Assembly: GCA_964558645.1 (NCBI GenBank)
Contig: CAZLEV010000008.1
Coordinates: forward strand, 1 to 64,000
Source of the DNA: an uncultured archaeon
GTDB taxonomy: Archaea > Asgardarchaeota > Thorarchaeia > Thorarchaeales > Thorarchaeaceae
Reading direction: 5' to 3'
DNA: 64,000 nucleotides
Positions 37,549-46,529 of this stretch are shown here, one piece after another. Each line of letters opens with the position of its first letter. The first letter of the stretch is position 1. The position numbers and the translations under genes were made by a program. The notes under the pieces were generated by a model that worked only from the letters and a program-made list of their open reading frames with translations, was not told the origin of the DNA and did no database searches.

Positions 37549-39399
37549 TCAGATACCTCTTCTTTTCAGCAAGGCAATCCCGAATATGATTACACAGCCT
37601 GCCGCTCCTGCTGCAACAATCAAAGGGTACCAATGCAGAGTCATTGCCTCAGAGTCTTCTGTGGTGTTTTCCATGGCGATGTCGGACGAGTTGGGGTCTT
37701 GCCCGAGCACAAACTCCTCGAGATTACTGAATCCATCTCCGTCCGGGTCGTCTGCTGCGTCGTCCGTTAGCGGATCGAGCCCATGTTCGATTTCCCACCC
37801 ATCTGGCATATCATCGCTGTCACTATCTGGGTTCTGCGGGTCAGTCCCATGAGTGTACTCCTCGAGGTTAGTCAGCCCGTCATCATCGGGATCCTCCATG
37901 GAGTCGTCCACCAGCGGGTCAAGCCCATTGTAGTACTCCCAACCATCCGGCATGCCGTCATCGTCAGTATCGCTGTTTATCCTGGAAGTCCCGATGAGTT
38001 TCTCAAGTCCGTCACTCAAACCATCATTGTCAAGGTCGAGGCTGAACATGATTGGATCAAACCAGTATTGCTGACTATCTAATACGTCATCACCGTTGAG
38101 GTCGGCGTCGTACCGGATGGACACACTGTAGGAGGTTGAGGTGTCACCTGGGTTGTTGACCATGACTTTATACAACCCCGCGGATTCTGCGGCCCCATTC
38201 AATGCTTCGATCATTTCTGATGTACCATCTATGAAGCATGCTTCATCAACGATAGTGTTGCTAGGGTCGCGGAGAGTGAACTCCAGTTCACCACCGGTCC
38301 AGTTAGAATAGACTGCGACATCTGTCGGTGTGCTGATGGGAACAAGGTAGGCGCGATTCTGGCCGGGTTGCAGTGTTCCGTCGTAGCTCATTTTGCTCAG
38401 CTGAAGCGGAGCGTAGGACATTGTGAAGGCCATGGAGGCACCTATGCATCTGACCGCCTCTGTTGCCACCGTGTAGTTGTATAAGGGATTGTTCCAGACA
38501 TCAGCCGGCTGGTGATATGCATCATCTCTGTCGAAACCACTCTCGAAAAGGAACGAGACCTGATTGTATCCACTTCGTATGAACGAATAATGGTCACTAC
38601 GTTCCCACCCGAAGAACCGAGTGGACGGAGTAGGGTCTACAATGTTGATACCGATATTGTTGCTCAGTGCTTTCATGAGGTATGCATAGTATTTGCTCTC
38701 GTGAAATGGTGCGTAGGTATTGTACACGGCTAGAAACTGTTTATCCGAGGCCCCCTCTGGATCGTCAACCAATAACATGTCTACATTGTAATAATGTAGC
38801 AGTGCAAGATCTCGGTCGTGGAAAATATTTGTGACCTCCCAACTTCCCCAGAGACCTATCTCCTCAGAGTTCCAGAAACAAAAATAGATATCAAGAGCCC
38901 ATCGATACTGTGACATCACACGTGCCAATTCTAATGCTGCAGCAACTCCTGTTCCATCATCATTTGCCCCCGGAGCACCAGGCACCGAGTCGTAGTGGCC
39001 TCCCACCATGAATACTGGTGCGTTGCCAGATGCCCAACCAGGTAGTACTCCAATGACCGACTTGTAATCTCCCAGAATCTCTATCTCGATGCGCCCTTCG
39101 GAGACTCGCTCTAGCTCCTGCACTATCCAGTTACGCGCATGAACATTCGCATCACTGAAAGTGATTCCGTCATCCAGTGATGTCCAGCGAGACCCATTCT
39201 CTGTGAGCTTGATGATATAATTACGATATGAAGCAAGGTCTATCTCTTGGTAGATGTCATACGATAGATCCGCTCCGTACACATCTGAAGAACCAATAGA
39301 CAATCCAAGAGGTGTTGAAGTATAGGAGACCCCATCTGTTCCCGTTGCAGAGGCGAAAAGAATTGTAAACAGCAGACAGGCCACGATGCTTTGCTTCAT
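37549..39399 (-). CDS. Secreted, membrane-anchored M28 metallopeptidase with PPC-like domain and Asp-rich Ca-binding repeats
   Basis: GHYDS, GANDDGTG, SEEIGL, NVDM, RSDHYSF, YHQPAD; signal peptide and C-terminal TM followed by KRR. Confidence 0.9.
   Translation of the reverse strand: MKQSIVACLLFTILFASATGTDGVSYTSTPLGLSIGSSDVYGADLSYDIYQEIDLASYRNYIIKLTENGSRWTSLDDGITFSDANVHARNWIVQELERVSEGRIEIEILGDYKSVIGVLPGWASGNAPVFMVGGHYDSVPGAPGANDDGTGVAAALELARVMSQYRWALDIYFCFWNSEEIGLWGSWEVTNIFHDRDLALLHYYNVDMLLVDDPEGASDKQFLAVYNTYAPFHESKYYAYLMKALSNNIGINIVDPTPSTRFFGWERSDHYSFIRSGYNQVSFLFESGFDRDDAYHQPADVWNNPLYNYTVATEAVRCIGASMAFTMSYAPLQLSKMSYDGTLQPGQNRAYLVPISTPTDVAVYSNWTGGELEFTLRDPSNTIVDEACFIDGTSEMIEALNGAAESAGLYKVMVNNPGDTSTSYSVSIRYDADLNGDDVLDSQQYWFDPIMFSLDLDNDGLSDGLEKLIGTSRINSDTDDDGMPDGWEYYNGLDPLVDDSMEDPDDDGLTNLEEYTHGTDPQNPDSDSDDMPDGWEIEHGLDPLTDDAADDPDGDGFSNLEEFVLGQDPNSSDIAMENTTEDSEAMTLHWYPLIVAAGAAGCVIIFGIALLKRRGI
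37680..38110 (-). repeat. Thrombospondin type-3-like D.D.DG repeats
   Basis: DxDxDGxxDGWExxxGLDPxxDD..DPDxDG..NLEE...G.DP repeated; boundaries approximate. Confidence 0.75.
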
Positions 39400-39529
39400 G
39401 TACGTCGCTTTCTCCTGAGACCTGATGAATCTTCGTTATAATGTAATTATTCGTAAGATTCTTCAACATATTAAGGCAAGTGGAGTTCCTGCGCGATTCG
39501 ATTCCGCTGCTAAGGGTCAGTGACAAAAA

Positions 39530-40795
39530 ATGGCAATCCCAGATTTAGCCTTCTCCATCGAGATAAAGGATCCCCTTCACGGATACATTGGCCTAACCGA
39601 ACTTGAGGAGTCCATCCTGGACTTACGGATGACCCAAAGGTTACGGAGCATTAGGGCCCCGGCTGGAATCCATCAGGTATATCCCGGGGCTGACCAATCT
39701 TTAATGGGGCGGATGATCGGCTTTCTTCATGTCACCGACGTTCTATTCGATAGCCTGAGGGCTGACAAGGAGGACTTGCTTAAGGCCCGACTTGCTTCGA
39801 TGCTTCTCACCATCTCGCGTGGCGCATGGTCGAATGTCATGGACGAGTATCTCGCTGTTAGAGGTCGAGATCGTAGAACCAGAGTAATAATGACACTGGA
39901 AGACTCTCCTGCAACTGAAATCATAGAAGCGAGCACCTTCTCAGTGAAAGAACTAGTTGACGTGTTCGAGAATGGCATCTCCGTGAAAGGAATAGATGTG
40001 GATCTTCTCACTCTGCCCATCAATCCTGAACTCATTGATAGCCTTGAGCGGGATGCGTATTTCGCAGGAGTCGAATATGCACAACTCGAATACCGTCGTC
40101 TCTTTGATGCCACTCGCATTGCGAAAAACAAGATTGCAGTGGAGCGCGGATCTGTCTATACACTGGAATCGTACCTTTCCGCAGGTGCCAACATGTATGA
40201 TGCAGTGTACTATCACAAGACCGTTCGCGCTGCTGAACTCATGCTGCTCCGAATACTTGATGAAGCTGCATCAATGCTGTTCGAGTTTCCTCGAGAGAAT
40301 CCCAAGGAGTTTCTCTCCATTGATGACCTGACTTTCCATGACTTGTTGTTGCATCTGCCGGAGGATTCTACTGAGGAGATGAAGACTGCAGGTAGAATCT
40401 TCGATGCCTTCAAAGACAGATACCTCATCAAACTGGCAAGCTCAAGAGCGATAGCGGATCAGGCATTTCTCAAAAAACTGAGTACACCCGATGGGCTGTT
40501 TGAGGTTGAACGAGAGATTGCAGAGACCGCCGGTATCGATCCAAAGAATGTGTATGTTGACTATCCAAACCGGCCGTCTGTAGAGTTCTACCCCGGGAAG
40601 TACTCTCTTGACGATTTAGTGTTCTTTGAACGTGGTTCTCGAGGTTACGAGTTCTGGGACGTCGCTGATTTGAGTCTCATTGCAAGAAGCTACAAACGGG
40701 ATCTGCGTCCTGTACGCGTCTATACCACTAGGGGATATAGGTCTCGGGTTCGGAAAGCTGGCGATGAACTGCTTGAGAGCATCGATAAGCCATGA
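39530..40795 (+). CDS. HD-domain (YdhJ/SAMHD1-like dNTPase family) protein lacking the metal ligands
   Basis: IKDPLHGYI, QRLR.I, VYPGA, L.RD.Y..GV, MY..VYYHKTVRAAE scaffold present; HD replaced by LT. Confidence 0.85.
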   Translation: MAIPDLAFSIEIKDPLHGYIGLTELEESILDLRMTQRLRSIRAPAGIHQVYPGADQSLMGRMIGFLHVTDVLFDSLRADKEDLLKARLASMLLTISRGAWSNVMDEYLAVRGRDRRTRVIMTLEDSPATEIIEASTFSVKELVDVFENGISVKGIDVDLLTLPINPELIDSLERDAYFAGVEYAQLEYRRLFDATRIAKNKIAVERGSVYTLESYLSAGANMYDAVYYHKTVRAAELMLLRILDEAASMLFEFPRENPKEFLSIDDLTFHDLLLHLPEDSTEEMKTAGRIFDAFKDRYLIKLASSRAIADQAFLKKLSTPDGLFEVEREIAETAGIDPKNVYVDYPNRPSVEFYPGKYSLDDLVFFERGSRGYEFWDVADLSLIARSYKRDLRPVRVYTTRGYRSRVRKAGDELLESIDKP

Positions 40796-40849
40796 TACGG
40801 CTGCATAAGATATAATATGCACCTGATTTTTTAATAATTACGTGATAAC

Positions 40850-41350
40850 ATGAGCGATGAAATTTCACCAATAGAGAGTTTCATGAAAGATCCAAACTCT
40901 CTTCTCATAACAATAGGTATGTTAGTATGGATTCTTGGCAGCTACGATAGCATAGTCCGGCCATTTCTCTTCACAGGCGGATTTGTTTTGACCTGTTATG
41001 CTACTGCCGTAACAGCATTGAAGCGACCCGGGACTATGGCTGCACCAGGACTGATTCTGGGTATCATCATCCACCTTATTGGTGGCATTCTCGAGGCAGT
41101 CTGGTTCCTCGGCCCTATCCTTTCACCGATGCTCTACGTTCTGGGCGGTACACTCATACTCTTCTTCGCTGTGCCAATGGCACTACAACTTGGAAATGTC
41201 CCGATTGAACAGATGATCGATCGAGTGAAATCTGTAGCTGAACGGCAGAAGGACGAAGAAGAGGCAGAGGGCGAAGAGACTGAATCTGAGGAGGAAGTCT
41301 CCGACGAGTCCCCCGAGACCGAAAGCGAGTCTACCGCTGGCACTTATTGA
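40850..41350 (+). CDS. Hypothetical 4-TM protein with an acidic tail
   Basis: Hydrophobic N-terminal two-thirds, E/S-rich C-terminus. Confidence 0.72.
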   Translation: MSDEISPIESFMKDPNSLLITIGMLVWILGSYDSIVRPFLFTGGFVLTCYATAVTALKRPGTMAAPGLILGIIIHLIGGILEAVWFLGPILSPMLYVLGGTLILFFAVPMALQLGNVPIEQMIDRVKSVAERQKDEEEAEGEETESEEEVSDESPETESESTAGTY

Positions 41351-41459
41351 ATAGTCTAAATCAAATGGAGACTGGATGGCGCCTCTTGAAGGTGCTTTCC
41401 AAATCCACTCCTATTTTCCGAAAAAGTCTGCAACATCAGCAGGCTATCTCAATGTATGT

Positions 41460-42026
41460 CTATTCTCCAGTCCACTCAACCCTTCGGTTCTCTAGTACAC
41501 CAGCGTGGTATAGAATTCGTTCTACAACCGAGTCGACGAGTTGTTCGATAGTGGATGGTTTGTGCCAGAACGCTGGAGAGGCGGGAATAACTATGGCACC
41601 TGCCTCTGTCACTCTTCCCATGTTCCGTATATGGATAAGGTTGAGCGGGGTTTCTCTTGGCACAATGATGAGCGTACGTTTCTCCTTGAGTGTACAATCA
41701 GCTGCTCGAGATATGAGATTGTCCGCGTAACCGTGTGCAATCCCTGCCAGAGTCTTCATCGTACATGGAACTACCACCATCGCATCGAGATGATAGCTTC
41801 CACTGGCAGGCCCTGCCGTCAGGTCGTCTTCATCATATACCTTTGTAACCCTGTTTTTTAGGTCTTCGGCCGTGAGTCCCGTTTCGTGCTTCAGGGTTTC
41901 GGTACCCCATCTGCTCACGATAAGATGAACCTCATGTCCTAGCTCGACCAGCCTATCGATTGTTCTGACGCCATAGATGGCACCGCTTGCGCCTGTCAGG
42001 CAGACAAGAATCCTTTTCTTAGCCAT
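41460..42026 (-). CDS. ubiX: Flavin prenyltransferase
   Basis: TGASGAIYG, SGS, PCTMKTLA, RAAD..LKE.R.LI.VPRETPL. Confidence 0.95.
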   Translation of the reverse strand: MAKKRILVCLTGASGAIYGVRTIDRLVELGHEVHLIVSRWGTETLKHETGLTAEDLKNRVTKVYDEDDLTAGPASGSYHLDAMVVVPCTMKTLAGIAHGYADNLISRAADCTLKEKRTLIIVPRETPLNLIHIRNMGRVTEAGAIVIPASPAFWHKPSTIEQLVDSVVERILYHAGVLENRRVEWTGE

Positions 42027-42147
42027 GTAATCTCACTCCGTTTCAGACGTTCATCTGGGTATGGTGAAGAGCCTGAGGCAGTAACCAACATCTTGCTCAA
42101 CTCGTCTATAAAGTTCATGATTGGTTACATTGCACGATCCAAGATAG

Positions 42148-43992
42148 TTAGATGAGCAGTACTGTGGCGGCCGACAGCAAGAATGTGAGTCCTGCAGCGC
42201 CCAATCCCACTCGCTTTGCTATACGGGCAGCCTCGACAATGTCTTGAGTAAGAATATCAAATGCTTTCTCCCCGAATACTCTCAACTCCTTCGCCTGGCC
42301 GAATGCCATCCCTACCTCTACAGGTCTCAGCTTTTCCCGTGCCTTCGTGGTGGCTGTAATGATTGAATCCAGGATTTCGTCAGGTTTGTGTCTCCCGATG
42401 GGTGGATAGCCGCTGCTTGACAGTGAGATTGCATTGACAACGTGGGTGTCCGTAGTCGTTAGTTCCACTTTCTCGAATCCCTGTTCCTTGATAATGCTGA
42501 TTGCTCTCTCTCTGTAACCCGGCTCCATATTGTTACCGTCGATGAACAACAGGACGGACTCTGTCTCTCCCACTCTCAACACTAGGGCCACTATTCCGCC
42601 AGGGCCCAGACCATCTTTGAGGTCTATGCCATCGGGCGTTACTCTGTATATCCCGGCGCTCACCTCATGATGTGGCCCGTTAAAAGTAGAGAATGCTGCG
42701 CTTGAAACTGCACCAACATATTCATCTGCCTCAGGGTCACCCCTCATGACCGAGACTGCCTCATCATCTATGCAGTTATGTGCGTCCACAATAGAGACCT
42801 GATTGATAGACTGGAGTCTGCTCCTCACCATTTCGGCCGCATCCATTCCCACACTTAGAGAGATATCATCGGTGAACTGTGGAGCGCTGGTGGTGATGCA
42901 CAGGGCGTTATCACCCACAAAGAGTGTCCAGACCTTGAACTTACCAAGATCTGTCCAGTGAGGCCCTGAAACCTTTCCGACTGTCTCAGCCTCTCTCACA
43001 AGTCTGTCAATCTCTGACAGGATGATTGGAATGTCTTCTTTCGTTGTGAGGTTCTGATGATGAGTGCAAGTTCCGTGCATCACAAAGGCAGGAACTCCAT
43101 GATGTTTGCGGATATGAGCAATGATCTCGCTTGGAAGGCCGCTACTGCCGATGTCCCTGAATGGGCCCGGATGTATGTATAAAACTACTCCAACAGCGAA
43201 CAACTTGCCCTCTGACTTCAGAACCATGACCTCCACAGGAACATCCTGTTTGGTGTGGATTTGGGTGAGCGTTCGTTCTAGCGGTTCAGGGTTGCCTATC
43301 AGATAGTCGTATCCGAAGGCTCTCAAGAGGGCCGGACCATCTATACCCAGGTCTCGTTCGAAGGGTCTACTGACAGATCTGAATATCCAATAGACCGAAG
43401 CAGACGCAACCCCGTACATAAGAAGCACTCCCGGAATCCAGAATGCCGGCAGAGATGGGAACGTGTCCGTATAACTCTGAAGAAACAAGGTGAGTGAGAA
43501 CCAGGTAAGTGGGAATACCAATGCCGCGGCTAGGTTGCGGAGTGCATGATGGTCACTCAGACCCGTGACAAGGAATGCGAACATCATGTATCCGAGCGTC
43601 ATGCCAAGAATCAACAATCGTACTGTGAAGTAGTCCATGCCAAGAATCGCATCTATAGACGCTCCGATGACACCGAAACCCAACCACAGTAGGGTGCCGA
43701 ACTGGGTTGCACCAAAGGTCCTGCGCGGATCGAGTGGTGACCCTTCCTTTCTCACAAGGAGATAGAGGATAGCTGAGCTTAGGAAGACGGTCACGCTGAA
43801 GATTGCTGTATTGTGAAAGAAAGAATCGATTAACGTACTACCTGGTACTACTTGGGCCCTGAAGAATGATATGAGAAGACTTGCCAGGACAATCATGCCC
43901 AGAATCCTCACGAGGATCCCCGGGAAGGTTGGAAGTTGCCATACTTTGGAGTAGAGTCCCACTGTTTCCTTGACCTTCGCCTTTTCGCCCAT
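42148..43992 (-). CDS. DUF2070-family membrane protein
   Basis: N-terminal TM bundle followed by HPGPFR.IGSS.LP, HG...H, DAHN, DGNN and TTDTH motifs. Confidence 0.85.
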   Translation of the reverse strand: MGEKAKVKETVGLYSKVWQLPTFPGILVRILGMIVLASLLISFFRAQVVPGSTLIDSFFHNTAIFSVTVFLSSAILYLLVRKEGSPLDPRRTFGATQFGTLLWLGFGVIGASIDAILGMDYFTVRLLILGMTLGYMMFAFLVTGLSDHHALRNLAAALVFPLTWFSLTLFLQSYTDTFPSLPAFWIPGVLLMYGVASASVYWIFRSVSRPFERDLGIDGPALLRAFGYDYLIGNPEPLERTLTQIHTKQDVPVEVMVLKSEGKLFAVGVVLYIHPGPFRDIGSSGLPSEIIAHIRKHHGVPAFVMHGTCTHHQNLTTKEDIPIILSEIDRLVREAETVGKVSGPHWTDLGKFKVWTLFVGDNALCITTSAPQFTDDISLSVGMDAAEMVRSRLQSINQVSIVDAHNCIDDEAVSVMRGDPEADEYVGAVSSAAFSTFNGPHHEVSAGIYRVTPDGIDLKDGLGPGGIVALVLRVGETESVLLFIDGNNMEPGYRERAISIIKEQGFEKVELTTTDTHVVNAISLSSSGYPPIGRHKPDEILDSIITATTKAREKLRPVEVGMAFGQAKELRVFGEKAFDILTQDIVEAARIAKRVGLGAAGLTFLLSAATVLLI

Positions 43993-44079
43993 TTCTTCTA
44001 TCTCCGATTTCAGACTGCTCGACTCAGCCTGTCTTATAGAGATTCCCGTAATCCTGAAACTGGGCACCGCATCAGCAGC

Positions 44080-44128
44080 TTTATATCGCATTCGATAATG
44101 AACGCGTCAAGAATTATCGTATTCGATA
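44080..44128 (+). promoter_or_regulatory. TATA box overlapped by two TATCG-N4-CGATA palindromes, probable PadR operators
   Basis: TATCGcattCGATA at 44084-97 and TATCGtattCGATA at 44115-28; TTTATA at 44080-85; directly upstream of padR. Confidence 0.7.
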
Positions 44129-44141
44129 TTATCATGAATGG

Positions 44142-44669
44142 ATGGTTGCGATGTCGCCAGACTGTGAATGCCCTGAGGGAAGATTACCCCATGCTGTACC
44201 GCGGGGATTGCTCAGATTCGTGATTCTGAAGCTGTTGGAGTCACAAGAGCTGTCTGGTACAGGCATTGCGGACATCCTTGAGGAACGTAGTAAGGGTGCG
44301 TGGCGACCAAGCCCCGGCTCTACCTATCACTTGCTGTCGGACCTTCTAGAGCGGGGGCATATTGAGGAAGCCAGGACCGAGGGTCGAACCATCTTCTACC
44401 GCCTATCCAATGCGGGTTCAGATGCACTAGACAACCTGTATGACCAGAAGAAGACACTGGACAAGCGAGCTGCTGTTGGGCCTATGCTCTGGCTCTCGGT
44501 TCTTGATCCAGAAGACAGAGTTCAAGCGCAGCTCCATCACTTGGATGGAGTAACAGAACGGCTGGCAGATACGTTCTCGCACCTCGATGAGGACGAGAGG
44601 GCGGCGCACAGAGATGAACTCAGGACAATCTACAAACGTCTATCCAAGATTATCAAAGACACACAATAA
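44142..44669 (+). CDS. PadR-family transcriptional regulator
   Basis: RGLLRFVILKLL...G..I...LEERS.G.WRPSPGS.Y..L..L...G.I...Y.L...G. Confidence 0.92.
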   Translation: MVAMSPDCECPEGRLPHAVPRGLLRFVILKLLESQELSGTGIADILEERSKGAWRPSPGSTYHLLSDLLERGHIEEARTEGRTIFYRLSNAGSDALDNLYDQKKTLDKRAAVGPMLWLSVLDPEDRVQAQLHHLDGVTERLADTFSHLDEDERAAHRDELRTIYKRLSKIIKDTQ

Positions 44670-44684
44670 CCACGAGGTATCGCC

Positions 44685-46529
44685 ATGACAGAAGACAATA
44701 ATGAACGAAACTCCGCTTTCCGCTACATGCTTGGGGGACTGGCTCGAAATCCTGGAGTCATCATTGGAGCCCTGATTCTCACTGTTATCTCAGCATTCAT
44801 CATGGCTCTGCCAAATGTGCTTCTGGGACAGGCCGTCAACATTGTCACTACCGCAGGTTTCACCGCAGATTTCGTCAACCTTGTCATAGAGATTGCTCTT
44901 CTAGCACTCGTCTACATGGGCATGTACTTCGTGGTCGGATATGCTTGGGCCGTTGTGACCCTGAGATGGGAACGCGATGCACGACAGGACTTCTTTGAGG
45001 CTCTACAAGAGTTCAGCATGACCTTCCATGATGTCATTGATAGCAAGAGATTGCTCTCGGTTGCCATGCAGGATATCAACTGGGTACGCCTCTCACTGAA
45101 TCCTGCTCTCCGCAATCTGGCATATAGTATTGCATCTTTCGGAATAACGGCCCTGTTCTTGATGTCCTATGATCTAACACCGGGACTGGCAGGTCTCCTT
45201 AGCTTGGGCGGAGTTCCTATTCCAGTGTTTACGTTGATTATGGCTATTGGCTCACCACTATATCTGTGGTTTGCCTACCAGTATGCAAACGCCGTTGAGC
45301 CAGTTCGCCGAGCCCGGTCCGAACAGATGGAGAATCTCACTTCAGTGTCGCAGGGTGTATTCCGGGGCATAGAAGTAGTTCGGGCTTTTGGGAAGGAGGC
45401 GAGCGAGAAGGACAAGTTTCAGAGAGTTAGCAATGAATACAAGGAAATGGTGACTCAGGAGGGCAGACTGGCTGCGTTCTATATTCCCGCCTTGGTTCTC
45501 ATCGCAATGACGACCTTATCTTTCTTCTATGGAGGTTACGCAGTGCTGGTCGGTGCGTTGGATGTTGGTACACTCACGTCTGTTCTTGCTCTTCTGCTAT
45601 CTCTTCAGGGTTTCAATTTCATGTTACCTAGGATGTTGCTGATGCTGCGAGGTGGTTACGTGAATGCCCAGAGGATTGTCAAGATTCTCAACTGGGAGGA
45701 TCCAATGGAAGAACCCCAAGAAGAGGCAACTGGTTTGGATTGGGGAAACGATATCATCTTCGATGCTGTGAGTTTCAAGTACACCTCTGATAATGGGAAC
45801 AGTGACCACTATGCATTGAAGGATCTCAACATTACGATTCCCGGCGGTTCAAGAGTGGCTCTTATTGGTGGTCCTGGCGGCGGAAAGAGCACAGTACTCA
45901 AGCTCCTGCTTCGGTTATATGACCCTGACGAGGGTCGTGTTCTCGTCGATGGGGTTGACTTACGAAATGTTAAGACTTCCACAGTTCGTGACCATGTGGG
46001 GCTTGTTGAGCAGGACATCTTCCTTTTCCGGATGACCGTCAAGGAGAATATTGCTTTCGGCAATTCTGAGGCTTCCCAGGAAGTAGTTGTTGAGGCTGCG
46101 AAACGAGCGCAAGCTCATGAGTTCATTGAGCAGCTCCCCAAAGGATACGATTCAATGATTGGTGAACGAGGGATGACATTGAGCGGAGGACAGCGGCAGC
46201 GGTTAGCGATTGCACGGGCCATTATTCAGGATCCCCAGATTCTTCTCCTCGACGACTCTGTGAGTGCAGTAGATGCACAGACCGAGTACAAGCTTAGGCA
46301 AGCTCTGGATGAGGTCATGAGCGGTCGAACCAGCATTACCGTCACACAGCGCCTCAGAACCCTCTTGGAATCTGATCTAGTGATTATGCTTGATAAGGGA
46401 GAACTGGTTGCAGCCGGTCGCCACGAGGAGCTTCTGAGGGCATCAGAAGAATACCGTCTGATATTCGAAAAGCTACCCGGAGCTGAAGCACTTCTCAAAG
46501 GCGTTACCGTTCGCGGAGGTGCCTCATAA
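44685..46529 (+). CDS. ABC exporter subunit (TMD+NBD) carrying the degenerate site
   Basis: GGPGGGKST, LSGGQRQR; Walker B LLDD (E->D) and switch VTQR (H->Q). Confidence 0.93.
   Translation: MTEDNNERNSAFRYMLGGLARNPGVIIGALILTVISAFIMALPNVLLGQAVNIVTTAGFTADFVNLVIEIALLALVYMGMYFVVGYAWAVVTLRWERDARQDFFEALQEFSMTFHDVIDSKRLLSVAMQDINWVRLSLNPALRNLAYSIASFGITALFLMSYDLTPGLAGLLSLGGVPIPVFTLIMAIGSPLYLWFAYQYANAVEPVRRARSEQMENLTSVSQGVFRGIEVVRAFGKEASEKDKFQRVSNEYKEMVTQEGRLAAFYIPALVLIAMTTLSFFYGGYAVLVGALDVGTLTSVLALLLSLQGFNFMLPRMLLMLRGGYVNAQRIVKILNWEDPMEEPQEEATGLDWGNDIIFDAVSFKYTSDNGNSDHYALKDLNITIPGGSRVALIGGPGGGKSTVLKLLLRLYDPDEGRVLVDGVDLRNVKTSTVRDHVGLVEQDIFLFRMTVKENIAFGNSEASQEVVVEAAKRAQAHEFIEQLPKGYDSMIGERGMTLSGGQRQRLAIARAIIQDPQILLLDDSVSAVDAQTEYKLRQALDEVMSGRTSITVTQRLRTLLESDLVIMLDKGELVAAGRHEELLRASEEYRLIFEKLPGAEALLKGVTVRGGAS

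Noticed and set aside
41460-42026. ubiX without an adjacent ubiD
   Set aside because: Unlinked ubiX and ubiD are common; the partner may lie elsewhere
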